A stretch of DNA of 49,682 bases from Opitutales bacterium (GCA_016286235.1 JAEESJ010000030.1:1-49682), one strand, 5' to 3'; shown: positions 27,846 through 37,182, counted from the stretch's first letter. Translations and numbers: made by a program. The notes: generated by a model from the letters alone, not told the origin.

Positions 27846-28876
27846 AGGAGCGGATTTGGTTTATTTTCGGGGCGGATGAGTTTTTTGTCGAACTCAGGGC
27901 AAAAAAGTGTATTGAAGAACAAACGCAGGGCTTTTCGTTGGAAACGATCGACGGAACCGTCAATACGATTGCCGATTTAAAACAGGTTGTCGATCGGGTT
28001 ATCGAAGCGTTGCAGACGGCGGATTTTTTTACGCCCAACAAATGCGTTTGGTTGCGCGCGACCAATCTGTTCGGTACGGGGTCGCCGGCAACGACCGAAG
28101 GCGGGCAGGGGAGTATCGAAAAGTTTTTATCCGTCCTGCAACGATTACCTTCGGGAACGTGTTTAGTGATTTCCGCTTCGCCGGTCGATAAGCGCATGCG
28201 TCTGTTCAAAACCGTGCAGACGCTGGCGACATGCGAAGAAATGGAGGAGAAACAGTCGGAAGCGTATCTGCGGTTTCTGATAAAGAAATTATGTAAAGAG
28301 CAGGGCGTTGCGATTGAAGCCGATGCCTGTGAATTGTTGTTCCAAAAGATGAACCGACAGCCGCGCGCAATTGCCAACGAGTTCGAAAAACTGGCGTGCG
28401 CGAAACAGTGGAGCGGGTGTATTACGATTGAGGATGTGCAAACGTACACGCCGACGCTGATGAATAACGAATTTTTTGAACCCGTCGAAGCGTTTTATGC
28501 CAAAGACGCGATGCGTTACGTTCGGAGTCTGCGCCAACATTTTATTCTCAACAAAGAAATGCGCAGCGTGTGGACAATGTTCCAAAATCGCAATCGCCTT
28601 CTCATCCAATCGACTTCGTTAAAATTGTCCTCCATTTCGAAGGTGACGCTTGATAAAGCCTATACTTCATATGCGGATGATTTCGGTGCGGTTGAGGATA
28701 AGAATACGTTCTGTATTTTTTCGCAAAATCCCTGGTATGTCAGCCGTTTGAAATCCGCTTTTCCATTGCCGACGCTGTTGGAACTTCAGAAAGAATTGGT
28801 GTCGATTTTTGACAAAACCTTATTGTATCCGAAGCAGGCGTGTGCGTGGATGGAAGCGTTGGTGCGGTTCTTTTAA
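27842..28876 (+). CDS. holA: DNA polymerase III delta subunit
   Basis: FIFGADEFFV N-terminus, DKRMRLFK, NEFEKL; start moved to ATG 27842. Confidence 0.8.
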   Translation: MKERIWFIFGADEFFVELRAKKCIEEQTQGFSLETIDGTVNTIADLKQVVDRVIEALQTADFFTPNKCVWLRATNLFGTGSPATTEGGQGSIEKFLSVLQRLPSGTCLVISASPVDKRMRLFKTVQTLATCEEMEEKQSEAYLRFLIKKLCKEQGVAIEADACELLFQKMNRQPRAIANEFEKLACAKQWSGCITIEDVQTYTPTLMNNEFFEPVEAFYAKDAMRYVRSLRQHFILNKEMRSVWTMFQNRNRLLIQSTSLKLSSISKVTLDKAYTSYADDFGAVEDKNTFCIFSQNPWYVSRLKSAFPLPTLLELQKELVSIFDKTLLYPKQACAWMEALVRFF

Positions 28877-29027
28877 GGTTTTTCGGACATTTGTGAGGTG
28901 CATATAACACGCGCGCAATCTCTTGCGGTTGTTTTAATGTTTAGAGGCAGGAGAAAAATTTTCCGAAATTCCAAGATAACGGCGAAATTTGCTTTTTAAA
29001 AACAACGAAGATTGCTATCATGGAACC

Positions 29028-30224
29028 ATGGACGGTATCAAGTCGGTTCGGGAGTTGGCGGTTGAAAAAAAGCGTGTTTTTGTGCGTGCGGATTTCAATG
29101 TGCCGCTGGATCCGAGCGGTACGGTAACGGACGATACGCGTATCACGGCGGCGTTGCCGACGATACAATACCTGTTGGAGCAGGGCGCAAAAGTGATTTT
29201 GGCGAGCCATTTGGGGCGTCCGAAGGGGAAGCGCAACATGCAGTATTCGTTGCAGCCCGTGGCGCGGATTTTGGCGACGCGCCTCAATCAGCCGGTTTTG
29301 TTTTTGGACGATTGCATTGGCAAAGATGCGGAGCAGGCGGTGGCGGATATGGCGGAAAATTCCGTCGTTTTGTTGGAAAATCTGCGTTTTCACCCCGAAG
29401 AAGAGGCGAACGACGAAGCGTTTGCCAAACAACTGGCGGCGTTGGCGGATGTTTATGTCAACGATGCCTTCGGAACGATGCACCGCGCGCACGCGTCGAC
29501 GGCGGGGATGGCTCCGTTTGTGTCGCAAAAGGCGGCGGGTTTTTTGGTCGAAAAGGAATTAAACTTCTTAAAGGAGAAAATCGACGTCCCGCAACATCCG
29601 TTTTGCGTGGTGTTGGGCGGCGCGAAAGTGAGCGATAAAATCGGTGTGATTGAGGCACTTTTGGAGAAAGCCGACCAAATTCTCATCGGCGGCGGCATGT
29701 GTTTTACGTTTGCGTTGGCGCAGGGGAAAAATATCGGCAACAGTTTGGCGGAACCCGACAAGGTTGAACTTGCGAAAGAGCTGTTGGAAAAGGCGAAAGC
29801 GCGCGGCGTTGATTTGCGTCTGCCGACGGATGTGGTCGCTTCCGATGCCGTTGATATGAAGGCGCGTACCTTGGGTGCGACGAAAATTTTTGAAAGCAAC
29901 ATCGACAACGGTTGGCAGGGCGTGGATATCGGACCAAAAACCGTCGAGGATTACGCGTCATGTATTCGAGCCGCGAAAACGGTTTTTTGGAACGGACCGA
30001 TGGGAATTTTTGAAATTCAGGCTTCCGCGGAAGGTTCATTCCGCATTGCGCAGGCGTTGGCGGCGTGCGAAGGCACAACCATTGTCGGCGGCGGCGACTG
30101 CGTGAAGGCGGTGCGTCAGAGCGGTTGCACGGCGGATATTACGTTCCTCAGTACCGGCGGCGGCGCAAGTTTGAAGCTGTTGGAAGGGAAGCCGCTTCCG
30201 GGATTGGAAGCGTTGAAGCGATAA
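29028..30224 (+). CDS. pgk: phosphoglycerate kinase
   Basis: RADFNVP, ASHLGRP, LENLRF, NDAFGTMHRAH, GGAKVSDK, STGGGASL; start moved to ATG 29028. Confidence 0.98.
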   Translation: MDGIKSVRELAVEKKRVFVRADFNVPLDPSGTVTDDTRITAALPTIQYLLEQGAKVILASHLGRPKGKRNMQYSLQPVARILATRLNQPVLFLDDCIGKDAEQAVADMAENSVVLLENLRFHPEEEANDEAFAKQLAALADVYVNDAFGTMHRAHASTAGMAPFVSQKAAGFLVEKELNFLKEKIDVPQHPFCVVLGGAKVSDKIGVIEALLEKADQILIGGGMCFTFALAQGKNIGNSLAEPDKVELAKELLEKAKARGVDLRLPTDVVASDAVDMKARTLGATKIFESNIDNGWQGVDIGPKTVEDYASCIRAAKTVFWNGPMGIFEIQASAEGSFRIAQALAACEGTTIVGGGDCVKAVRQSGCTADITFLSTGGGASLKLLEGKPLPGLEALKR

Positions 30225-30256
30225 ATTTTCCAATTCGGCCGATATAAGAAATACGT

Positions 30257-31033
30257 ATGGGAAAACGATTCTTAATCGCCGGAAATTGGAAGATGAACAA
30301 AACCGCCGCGGAGACGCGTGCGTTTTTTGAAGCCCTGAAGCCTTTATTAACGCCGACGGTGCGCAGTGAGTTACTGATTTGTCCGTCGTTGGTGAGTTTG
30401 GCGGCGGCGTTCGAAGCCAATGCTTCGGTCGGGATTGCGCTGGGGGCGCAAAACGTATATCCGAAGGACAGCGGCGCCTTCACGGGCGAAGTGTCGCCGT
30501 TAATGCTGAAAGAATTTGTTTCGTACGTGCTTGTCGGTCACAGCGAGCGTCGCACGCTGTTGCACGAAAGCGACGATTTTATTAACGAAAAACTGCATGC
30601 GTTGTTGGCGACGGGCTTGAAACCGATTTTGTGCGTCGGCGAAACGCTGTCGGAACGCAAAGAAGGACGCGCCTTTGAGGTGATCGCGCACGAGCTGGCG
30701 GAAGGCTTAAATGGTGTGACGAACGAACAACTTGCGCAGGTGACGATTGCCTACGAACCGATTTGGGCGATCGGAACGGGCGAAACGGCGACGCCCGAGA
30801 CTGCGGAAGAAATGCACGCGTTTATGTATGATTGGCTGACAAAGCGTTTCGAAGCTTCTTCCGTCGAGAAGGTTCGCTTGTTGTACGGCGGTTCTTTAAA
30901 GGTCGACAACGCGAAACAGCTCTTGTCGCGACCGCATATCGACGGCGGATTGATCGGCGGTGCTTCGCTGAAAGCCGATTCCTTTGTCAAAATCGCGCGT
31001 ATTGCGGACGGGATTGAGAAAGGAGACGTCTGA
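30257..31033 (+). CDS. tpiA: triosephosphate isomerase
   Basis: AGNWKMN, GHSERR, AYEPIWAIGTG, LYGGS, GGLIGGASL. Confidence 0.98.
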   Translation: MGKRFLIAGNWKMNKTAAETRAFFEALKPLLTPTVRSELLICPSLVSLAAAFEANASVGIALGAQNVYPKDSGAFTGEVSPLMLKEFVSYVLVGHSERRTLLHESDDFINEKLHALLATGLKPILCVGETLSERKEGRAFEVIAHELAEGLNGVTNEQLAQVTIAYEPIWAIGTGETATPETAEEMHAFMYDWLTKRFEASSVEKVRLLYGGSLKVDNAKQLLSRPHIDGGLIGGASLKADSFVKIARIADGIEKGDV

Positions 31034-31416
31034 CAAGCTTCCTGAGCGGTTTTAAAGGCGCTTCCGGCGACGCAATTTGCGGTTTGGATTGTGTTAAAAC
31101 GCGCAGAGTGACGATTGAAAAGCATGTACATTGTCTGTACAGTGCCTCTGTATGAACGTTGCCTTTGATGCAAAGCGGTTCCGTTTAAGTATTTTCCTTT
31201 CCTGACTTGCTTCATGTGCGAAGTGCGACTCCAACGGACGAACGGGGTGTTGCGGGCTAAGAGATTTAGCTTTTAAAAAAAGCCGGGATATGCGAATGTT
31301 TTTTGGCGCGTTCGTGCTTCGGTAGTGTTTTTGAGCACGTTGTCGTTTTGTGTTACAGTCTGTTGCTTTAAGCTTGCAGAGTGCTCGATAATCGCACCCA
31401 GTAAAGCTGTCGGCGC

Positions 31417-31504
31417 GGAGAGATGACAGAGTGGTCGATTGTGCCTGACTCGAAATCAGGTGTGGGGCAACCCACCGGGGGTTCGAATCCCTCTCTCTCC
31501 GCCA
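31417..31504 (+). tRNA. tRNA-Ser(CGA)
   Basis: GGAGAGA acceptor stem, anticodon arm CCTGA-CTCGAAA-TCAGG, long variable arm, GTTCGAATCC, encoded CCA. Confidence 0.96.
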
Positions 31505-31684
31505 GGTTTTTGAAGGGCGGTTTTTAAAAAAAGCACCATCGCGGAGAAGAAGGCGGAAGTATCCGAGGATGCGGAAAGCTGTGTCGGCGTTGTCGAGTAC
31601 TTCTGTTCAGTATGACTTTCAACACAAGATTTAGATTCCATCTGTTGCGGTGCGGTTGTTGATTGAAACAACGCACATTGCGTC

Positions 31685-31860
31685 TTGACGCTTATAAAGA
31701 AGATTTTTTACCATGAGCTGTGTTGGGTTTTCGAAGCACTTTCATGCTTTTGGCGCCGCATTGTTTGGCGATGTGCTCTTTCGACACAAACACTATGACC
31801 ACAACGTCGACTTCGGAGCGGTAGTTTATTTCCGCTTCTTTCCTTCCTCTTTTTATCCTT
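31685..31860 (+). promoter_or_regulatory. promoter plus ~140-nt leader with Thr/Ser-rich uORF and terminator-like hairpin (candidate attenuator)
   Basis: TTGACG-N18-TACCAT; uORF (M)CSFDTNTMTTTSTSER* ending 31824; stem GGAGCGG/CCGCTTC followed by a pyrimidine-rich tract. Confidence 0.55.
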
Positions 31861-33039
31861 ATGTTTCGTAGATATAAAAACCAAGCCTCGTTTCTGATCT
31901 TTTTCGGTGCATTGTTGTTGCCGTTGCTGTGTGGAAATTTTGTGCCGACGACCGTAAAGGCTTTCCTGCACGCCGTCAGTTTATGCATTAAAGAAGGGTT
32001 GGTGTTTTGTCTGCCGTTTGTGATTTTCTCACTGCTGTTCGGCTCAATTTCACGCCTCGGTCATCGGGCGTTTCGCGTGGTGCTGACGATTTTCCCGCTT
32101 ATTTGCTGTTCCAACTTTTTAAATACCATGCTGAGTTACGGCGTTTCCAAAGTTCTGTCGGGGCAGGGCGAACGCTATTCGGAGGCATTCTCCGGTTCGG
32201 CTTCCGTTTTGAAAGCTTCGTTTCACGTATCGCTGACGCCGTTGTTTTCCAATGATGTCGCGTTGGTGTGCGGTCTGATTTTGGGATTGTTTTTGCGACC
32301 CGTTTCCCAACCTGTGGCAATAGCCTGCGAGCGTGCGGCGTCGGTTGTGACGAATGTTTTTTTTAAAATTTTATTGCCGTTGATGCCGCTGTTTATCGTC
32401 GGCATGATGTTTAAAATGCAACACGACGGTATTTTGTCGTCCGTCTGCGGTTCCTACCTGCCGGTGTTGCTGGTATTTGTTTTGTCGGCGTGCAGTTGGA
32501 TTTTGTTGCAATACGTCCTGTGGTCGAAAGGAAAGCTTTCGCAGGCGGCGACGTATGTGAAAAATGTGTTCCCCGCCGTTGCAACGGCTTTCGGCAGTGC
32601 CTCCAGTGCCGCCGCCATGCCGCTTTCGCTGAAAGCGGCGGAAAAAAATTGTTCCAATCCCGCCAATGCCGACATTATTATTCCGTCAACGGTTAATGTA
32701 CATCTGGTCGGAGATTGTTTTTTTATCCCGATGTTTGCCCTGAGTGTTCTGCAGTCTTTTGGGTTGCCGTTCCCGAGTTTTGGCGTTTATTTGCTGTTCG
32801 CGTTCCACTTTGTGCTTGCAAAATTTGCCGTTGCGGCAGTGCCCGGCGGCGGCGTATTGGTGATGTTGCCGATTTTGCAGAATTATTTGGGCTTAACGCC
32901 TGATATGTTGGCATTGGTGACCGCAATTTACATTTTATTTGACCCGATCATTACCGCTTGCAACGTCGCCGGGAACGGTGCATTCGCGATTTTTTTTGAC
33001 CGCATCGGGAGGCGGTTGCAGGGCGGGTGCGGTAAATGA
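31861..33039 (+). CDS. dicarboxylate/amino acid:cation symporter (DAACS; GltP/SstT-like)
   Basis: TAFGSASSAAAMP, PSTVNVHLVGD, AAVPGGG, FDPIITACNVAGN; multiple TM segments. Confidence 0.9.
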   Translation: MFRRYKNQASFLIFFGALLLPLLCGNFVPTTVKAFLHAVSLCIKEGLVFCLPFVIFSLLFGSISRLGHRAFRVVLTIFPLICCSNFLNTMLSYGVSKVLSGQGERYSEAFSGSASVLKASFHVSLTPLFSNDVALVCGLILGLFLRPVSQPVAIACERAASVVTNVFFKILLPLMPLFIVGMMFKMQHDGILSSVCGSYLPVLLVFVLSACSWILLQYVLWSKGKLSQAATYVKNVFPAVATAFGSASSAAAMPLSLKAAEKNCSNPANADIIIPSTVNVHLVGDCFFIPMFALSVLQSFGLPFPSFGVYLLFAFHFVLAKFAVAAVPGGGVLVMLPILQNYLGLTPDMLALVTAIYILFDPIITACNVAGNGAFAIFFDRIGRRLQGGCGK

Positions 33040-33283
33040 GTAAAAATTAACGGTTGGGAAGAAAGATGGGCGGCTCCCCGTAAAAGCCGATCAAGAACGT
33101 GCGAATACCTGAAATTAAGGTGATTAAACAGACGGGTATTCTCTGCCATCTTTTCCTTGCCCCTTCATAATGTGTATGCTTTGGCCTCCTTTCGGAGGCG
33201 ATTCTTCTCGAAAGCGATCAAAAGAGGTTTTTTCGTTTTTTTACTTTTTTTAAATTTTTTCGAACCATTCCTCCTCAAAAAAC

Positions 33284-33319
33284 TTGATCTTCCTTCCTTC
33301 CTTCCTTTATCATGAAAAC
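33284..33319 (+). promoter_or_regulatory. sigma70-like promoter with (TTCC)4.5 spacer
   Basis: TTGATC-[TTCCTTCCTTCCTTCCTT]-TATCAT-N6-ATG. Confidence 0.6.
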
Positions 33320-34105
33320 ATGGAGAGGAAATTCACATGTTTCATAAGCTCAACGTGCGTTGTTGGGATGCTGTCGGGTGTGTCGTTGGGAGCGACGAGT
33401 AGTTCAGAGGTTGATTACGGACGGGAATGGAATCCCTATGTAACGGTACGCGGCGGGTGGTTGTTTGGAGGGAAGACGAAGTATGTTGACCGCTTGACAC
33501 AAGGGCCTGCGGAAAAGAAGGGCGATCGTAAAGAGAGCCTTAAAAGTGCGTTGTCAGGTTCGGGTGAATTTGGTGTTTCGCTCTGTGAAGATCGCGTATT
33601 GGTCGGATTGGAATTGGGATATTTTACTGGGAAGGCAAAACACGAGTTTGACGCCAACGAAAAGGCAAAATACGGACCCCCTTTGACACTGAATTGGGTG
33701 GATGGCTCCTATGCCGTTGCGGACGGAAAGTACAAAAATCTTTTTGCCACCTTTAATGTAACTTTGAAGAAGGATGTCGGCGAACGCGCTTTTTTGTACG
33801 GCGGTGTTGGTGCCGGTATGGCGCGATCGGATTTTGGGGAACTTAAGAGTAAATGGGATGATGCCGGGGCATGGGTTACCGGAAAGATTGATTTTAAATC
33901 AAAATGGCGGTTTTTGGGGCAGGTATTTGCCGGTGTCGGAATTTATTTGGATGATAATTGGTCGCTGGGTATCGGCTACCGCATGCGGTATTTAACGGGA
34001 GATGTCAATGGATCAAAGGACTATGGCGGTGGTGTTCAGTGGGATTGGAAAGTGAAGCAGGATATTATCCATGCCGTCGAGGTGGGGCTGACATATCAGT
34101 TTTAA
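33320..34105 (+). CDS. outer-membrane beta-barrel protein (OmpA-N/Opa/Ail-like)
   Basis: Signal peptide, amphipathic strands (PYVTVRGG, VGLELGY, LYGGVGAG, SLGIGYR), C-terminal VGLTYQF BAM signal; start moved to ATG 33320. Confidence 0.88.
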   Translation: MERKFTCFISSTCVVGMLSGVSLGATSSSEVDYGREWNPYVTVRGGWLFGGKTKYVDRLTQGPAEKKGDRKESLKSALSGSGEFGVSLCEDRVLVGLELGYFTGKAKHEFDANEKAKYGPPLTLNWVDGSYAVADGKYKNLFATFNVTLKKDVGERAFLYGGVGAGMARSDFGELKSKWDDAGAWVTGKIDFKSKWRFLGQVFAGVGIYLDDNWSLGIGYRMRYLTGDVNGSKDYGGGVQWDWKVKQDIIHAVEVGLTYQF

Positions 34106-34128
34106 CTCTATCCTGTTGCGGGATTTGT

Positions 34129-34167
34129 AAAAAACGAAGCGCGAGCACTATTCGATGCCCGCGCTTC
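34129..34167. terminator. hairpin between convergent omp and hpf genes (terminator, mainly minus strand)
   Basis: GAAGCGCGAGCA-N8-TGCCCGCGCTTC stem preceded by an A tract. Confidence 0.6.
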
Positions 34168-34190
34168 TGTATTCCATTCAAATTGCGTCT

Positions 34191-34526
34191 TTACCTTCCG
34201 ACATACGCTTCTTTGCGCTTGGTCTTCATCAAACGCGCGCGGTTCCGCAGTTTCCGCAGGAGTTTTTCTTCTAAATCGTCGATGGCATTGTAGAGATTAT
34301 CCGAAAACGTCGAAACGATGAAGTTTGGTCCGCGAAGTTCGATAATGCCCTTGGCTTCGAAGGCACTTTGATCTTTTTTATCGACATCTTTCGTAAGTTC
34401 CACGCGAACGCGGATAATATCGGGTTCGTGACGAAAAAGCTTGCTCATTTTTTCGTGCACAATCGACTTAATGGCTTCGGTCAGTTCAAAATGAACGCCG
34501 GTAATAATAACGGAAGCGGTATCCAT
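34191..34526 (-). CDS. hpf: ribosome hibernation promoting factor (HPF/RaiA, short form)
   Basis: IITGVHFELTEAIK...KMSKL, RVRVEL, DNLYNAIDDLEEKLLRKLR. Confidence 0.92.
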   Translation of the reverse strand: MDTASVIITGVHFELTEAIKSIVHEKMSKLFRHEPDIIRVRVELTKDVDKKDQSAFEAKGIIELRGPNFIVSTFSDNLYNAIDDLEEKLLRKLRNRARLMKTKRKEAYVGR

Positions 34527-34538
34527 GCCTGTATGTAA

Positions 34539-34555
34539 AGCAGTTTTTATGCCAA
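34539..34555 (-). promoter_or_regulatory. sigma54 (-24/-12) promoter of hpf
   Basis: Minus strand TTGGCATAAAAACTGCT with correct GG-N10-GC spacing, 12 nt upstream of the hpf ATG. Confidence 0.7.
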
Positions 34556-34584
34556 TATTTCGGCAGAAAACATCGAAAATATGC

Positions 34585-35535
34585 TTATTTCAAAGTTCGG
34601 AGCTCGGAGCCGTCGGACGTTTCGCGGGCATATTTTAAAATTGCACGTACCAGATTATCTCTTTCGGCAGACGGGGTGTTGTAACGGACGTAAACGCTGC
34701 GCAAGAGGTATTCGAAGCAGTTGGCACGGAACCGTGCTTTAATTTCTTCCTTTAAACAATCTCCGCAGGTTGCATCAAAACCGTCAACGCACTTATTGAA
34801 ACAGGTTGTCACGGAATTGATGAAATCCTCCGTTTTTTTGGAGCTGAATTGCGTTGTGTGCGGAACCATGACCGAATACAGAACGGTTGACCAGGAACCG
34901 TCGGATGCCTGTGCGGCAAGGTACCACGGATCCTTATGAAGTTCGTTGGCAAGTATGTCGGATTTTTTAAGATCATACCAGGAACGAATGCCGGTGCGTA
35001 CAATTTCCGCGATTTCATCGGTTACGTTAAAAATCTTTGCGCAAGCCTGTACATATTCCTGAAACAAGGATTCGGCTTTACGGAAAATTTCTGAGGTTGT
35101 GTCGGAAAGATGCCGGAAGTTTGGCTTTGATGCGTCCGGCGGGTTTGTGAGTTCGCATTGTATTTTATCAAAGGACCACCGCGAAAGATGATGAAAACAA
35201 AAGATATCCCCGCGATGCCTTTGTCCGGACGGTTTTTCGTAACCGCCGGTGTCGATTTTGGTTCGAATTTCCTCAAACGACAGCGCATCTTTTTCTAAAA
35301 AAGTAAGCAAATCCCGCATGAGAGCGACGGCAAGTTTGTGAAGGTTTTCAAGGATTTTTGTTTCGTAATCGTCGGAGCAGGCTTGAATTTTTTGCAACAG
35401 CTCTTCCGACGGAACGGGGAACGCAACGTTATGGTAAAGAACGTTATGTACAATTTCGCGGAGCGGGCGCGTTGCCGAACAAGGCTCGATAAACGGCAAC
35501 AACACCCAGAAAAGCAGAAAAATTTTCAATCTCAC
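34585..35535 (-). CDS. hypothetical exported protein
   Basis: 316-aa ORF with GTG start and Sec-type signal peptide, apparently helical; upstream TTGACA-N16-TATGGT; no family recognised. Confidence 0.75.
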   Translation of the reverse strand: MRLKIFLLFWVLLPFIEPCSATRPLREIVHNVLYHNVAFPVPSEELLQKIQACSDDYETKILENLHKLAVALMRDLLTFLEKDALSFEEIRTKIDTGGYEKPSGQRHRGDIFCFHHLSRWSFDKIQCELTNPPDASKPNFRHLSDTTSEIFRKAESLFQEYVQACAKIFNVTDEIAEIVRTGIRSWYDLKKSDILANELHKDPWYLAAQASDGSWSTVLYSVMVPHTTQFSSKKTEDFINSVTTCFNKCVDGFDATCGDCLKEEIKARFRANCFEYLLRSVYVRYNTPSAERDNLVRAILKYARETSDGSELRTLK

Positions 35536-35831
35536 TTTTCTATACCCTCACCATATGGAATGTGCCAAAGGTGTCAATCGAATAGGAATTATTTTGTATT
35601 TTATGGAAAATTTTTCCGAAATACGGCTTGTCGGATATGATATTAAGGGAAGTTGTCTGCCCATATAGGTATGAAAGCTTTTGTGTTGCCGACGTTGAGG
35701 CAACTGTACGGCGGCGAAATTTTTATGAAAAATGCGGTTATTTTCCGCAAAAAAAACGCTTGACGGCTTTCCCGAACACCTCAACAGTGGAGGAAGCATA
35801 GCTTTTGTGAAAGCCGAAAGCGGCGGAACGT

Positions 35832-35907
35832 GCCCTTGTAGCTCAGTCGGCAGAGCGCGTCCTTGGTAAGGACGAGGTCGGCGGTTCAAGTCCGCTCGGG
35901 GGCTCCA
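35832..35907 (+). tRNA. tRNA-Thr(GGT)
   Basis: GCCCTTG acceptor stem, anticodon arm CGTCC-TTGGTAA-GGACG, GTTCAAGTCC, CCA. Confidence 0.96.
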
Positions 35908-35943
35908 CGGTTGAAAGCGTGCGTCGGGAACTTTAATTTTGAT

Positions 35944-37134
35944 ATGGCGAAGGAAACATTCACTCGAACGAAGCCCCACGTGAACGTGGGAACGATTGGT
36001 CACGTGGATCACGGTAAAACAACGTTGACGACGGCGCTCCTGAAGGTGCAGGCCGATAAAGGTTTGGCGCAGGTAAAGTCTTACGCGGAAATTGCGAAAG
36101 GCGGTACGGTGCGCGATGCGTCGAAGATTGTGACGATTGCGGTTTCGCACGTCGAATACGAGACGCCGAACCGTCACTATGCGCACGTGGATTGCCCGGG
36201 ACACGCGGACTTCGTTAAGAACATGATTACCGGTGCCGCGCAGATGGACGGCGCGATTTTGGTGGTTAGTGCCTATGACGGTCCGATGCCCCAAACGCGC
36301 GAGCACATTCTTTTGGCGCGCCAGGTCGGTGTTCCCAATATCGTTGTGTTCCTTAATAAGGTCGATTTGGTCGACGATGCCGAAATGTTGGATTTGGTCG
36401 AGGTAGAGGTTCGCGATCTGTTGAAGAAGTACGAATATCCCGGCGATGACATTACCGTTATTCGCGGTTCGGCCTTGGGGGCTTTGGAAGGGAAACCGGA
36501 AGCGGTGAAGTCCGTTTCGGATCTGTTGGAGGCGTTGGATAAGGATATTCCGGAGCCGAAGCATGATTTGGATAAGCCTTTCTTAATGTCCATCGAGGAT
36601 GTTTTCAGTATTACGGGTCGCGGTACCGTGGTAACGGGGCGTATCGAGCGCGGCGTTATTAAGGTCAACGATGAAGTCGAGATTGTCGGTTTGGGCGAAA
36701 CTCGCAAGACGGTTTGTACCGGTGTCGAAATGTTCCGCAAGTTGTTGGATCAGGGGCAGGCGGGCGATAACGTCGGCGTTTTATTGCGCGGTATTGAAAA
36801 GAAGGATGTGGAGCGCGGTCAGGTGCTGGCGAAACCCGGTTCGATTACGCCGCACACGAAGGCAAAGGCCGAGATTTACGTTTTGACGAAGGACGAAGGC
36901 GGTCGTCATACGCCGTTCTTTAAAGGTTATCGTCCGCAATTCTTCTTCGGAACCGCCGATGTCACGGGTGTTTGCGAATTGCCGGAAGGTACGGAAATGG
37001 TGATGCCGGGCGATAATCTCGGGATTACGATTGAACTCGGGAAGCCAATTGCGATGGAAAAAGGACAGCGTTTTGCCATGCGCGAAGGCGGTCGTACCAT
37101 CGGTGCCGGTCGTATCGCGGAAATTTTGAAGTAA
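35944..37134 (+). CDS. tuf: elongation factor Tu
   Basis: [21 protein letters not shown]; start moved to ATG 35944. Confidence 0.99.
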   Translation: MAKETFTRTKPHVNVGTIGHVDHGKTTLTTALLKVQADKGLAQVKSYAEIAKGGTVRDASKIVTIAVSHVEYETPNRHYAHVDCPGHADFVKNMITGAAQMDGAILVVSAYDGPMPQTREHILLARQVGVPNIVVFLNKVDLVDDAEMLDLVEVEVRDLLKKYEYPGDDITVIRGSALGALEGKPEAVKSVSDLLEALDKDIPEPKHDLDKPFLMSIEDVFSITGRGTVVTGRIERGVIKVNDEVEIVGLGETRKTVCTGVEMFRKLLDQGQAGDNVGVLLRGIEKKDVERGQVLAKPGSITPHTKAKAEIYVLTKDEGGRHTPFFKGYRPQFFFGTADVTGVCELPEGTEMVMPGDNLGITIELGKPIAMEKGQRFAMREGGRTIGAGRIAEILK

Positions 37135-37182
37135 GAAATTTTTGTTGACAAAGGCAAAGTTCTTTTGAATGTTTTTCTTAAT

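Noticed and set aside
28953-28969. GAAAA(A/T)TTTTCCGAAAT motif shared with ~35606-35622
   Set aside because: Low-complexity AT-rich match with only two or three copies; chance cannot be excluded
31034-31416. secG or another small gene after tpiA
   Set aside because: No frame with SecG-like TM segments or motifs; region left unexplained
31417-35907. tRNA-anchored genomic island between tRNA-Ser and tRNA-Thr
   Set aside because: No integrase, no duplicated tRNA 3' end seen, and it contains core hpf
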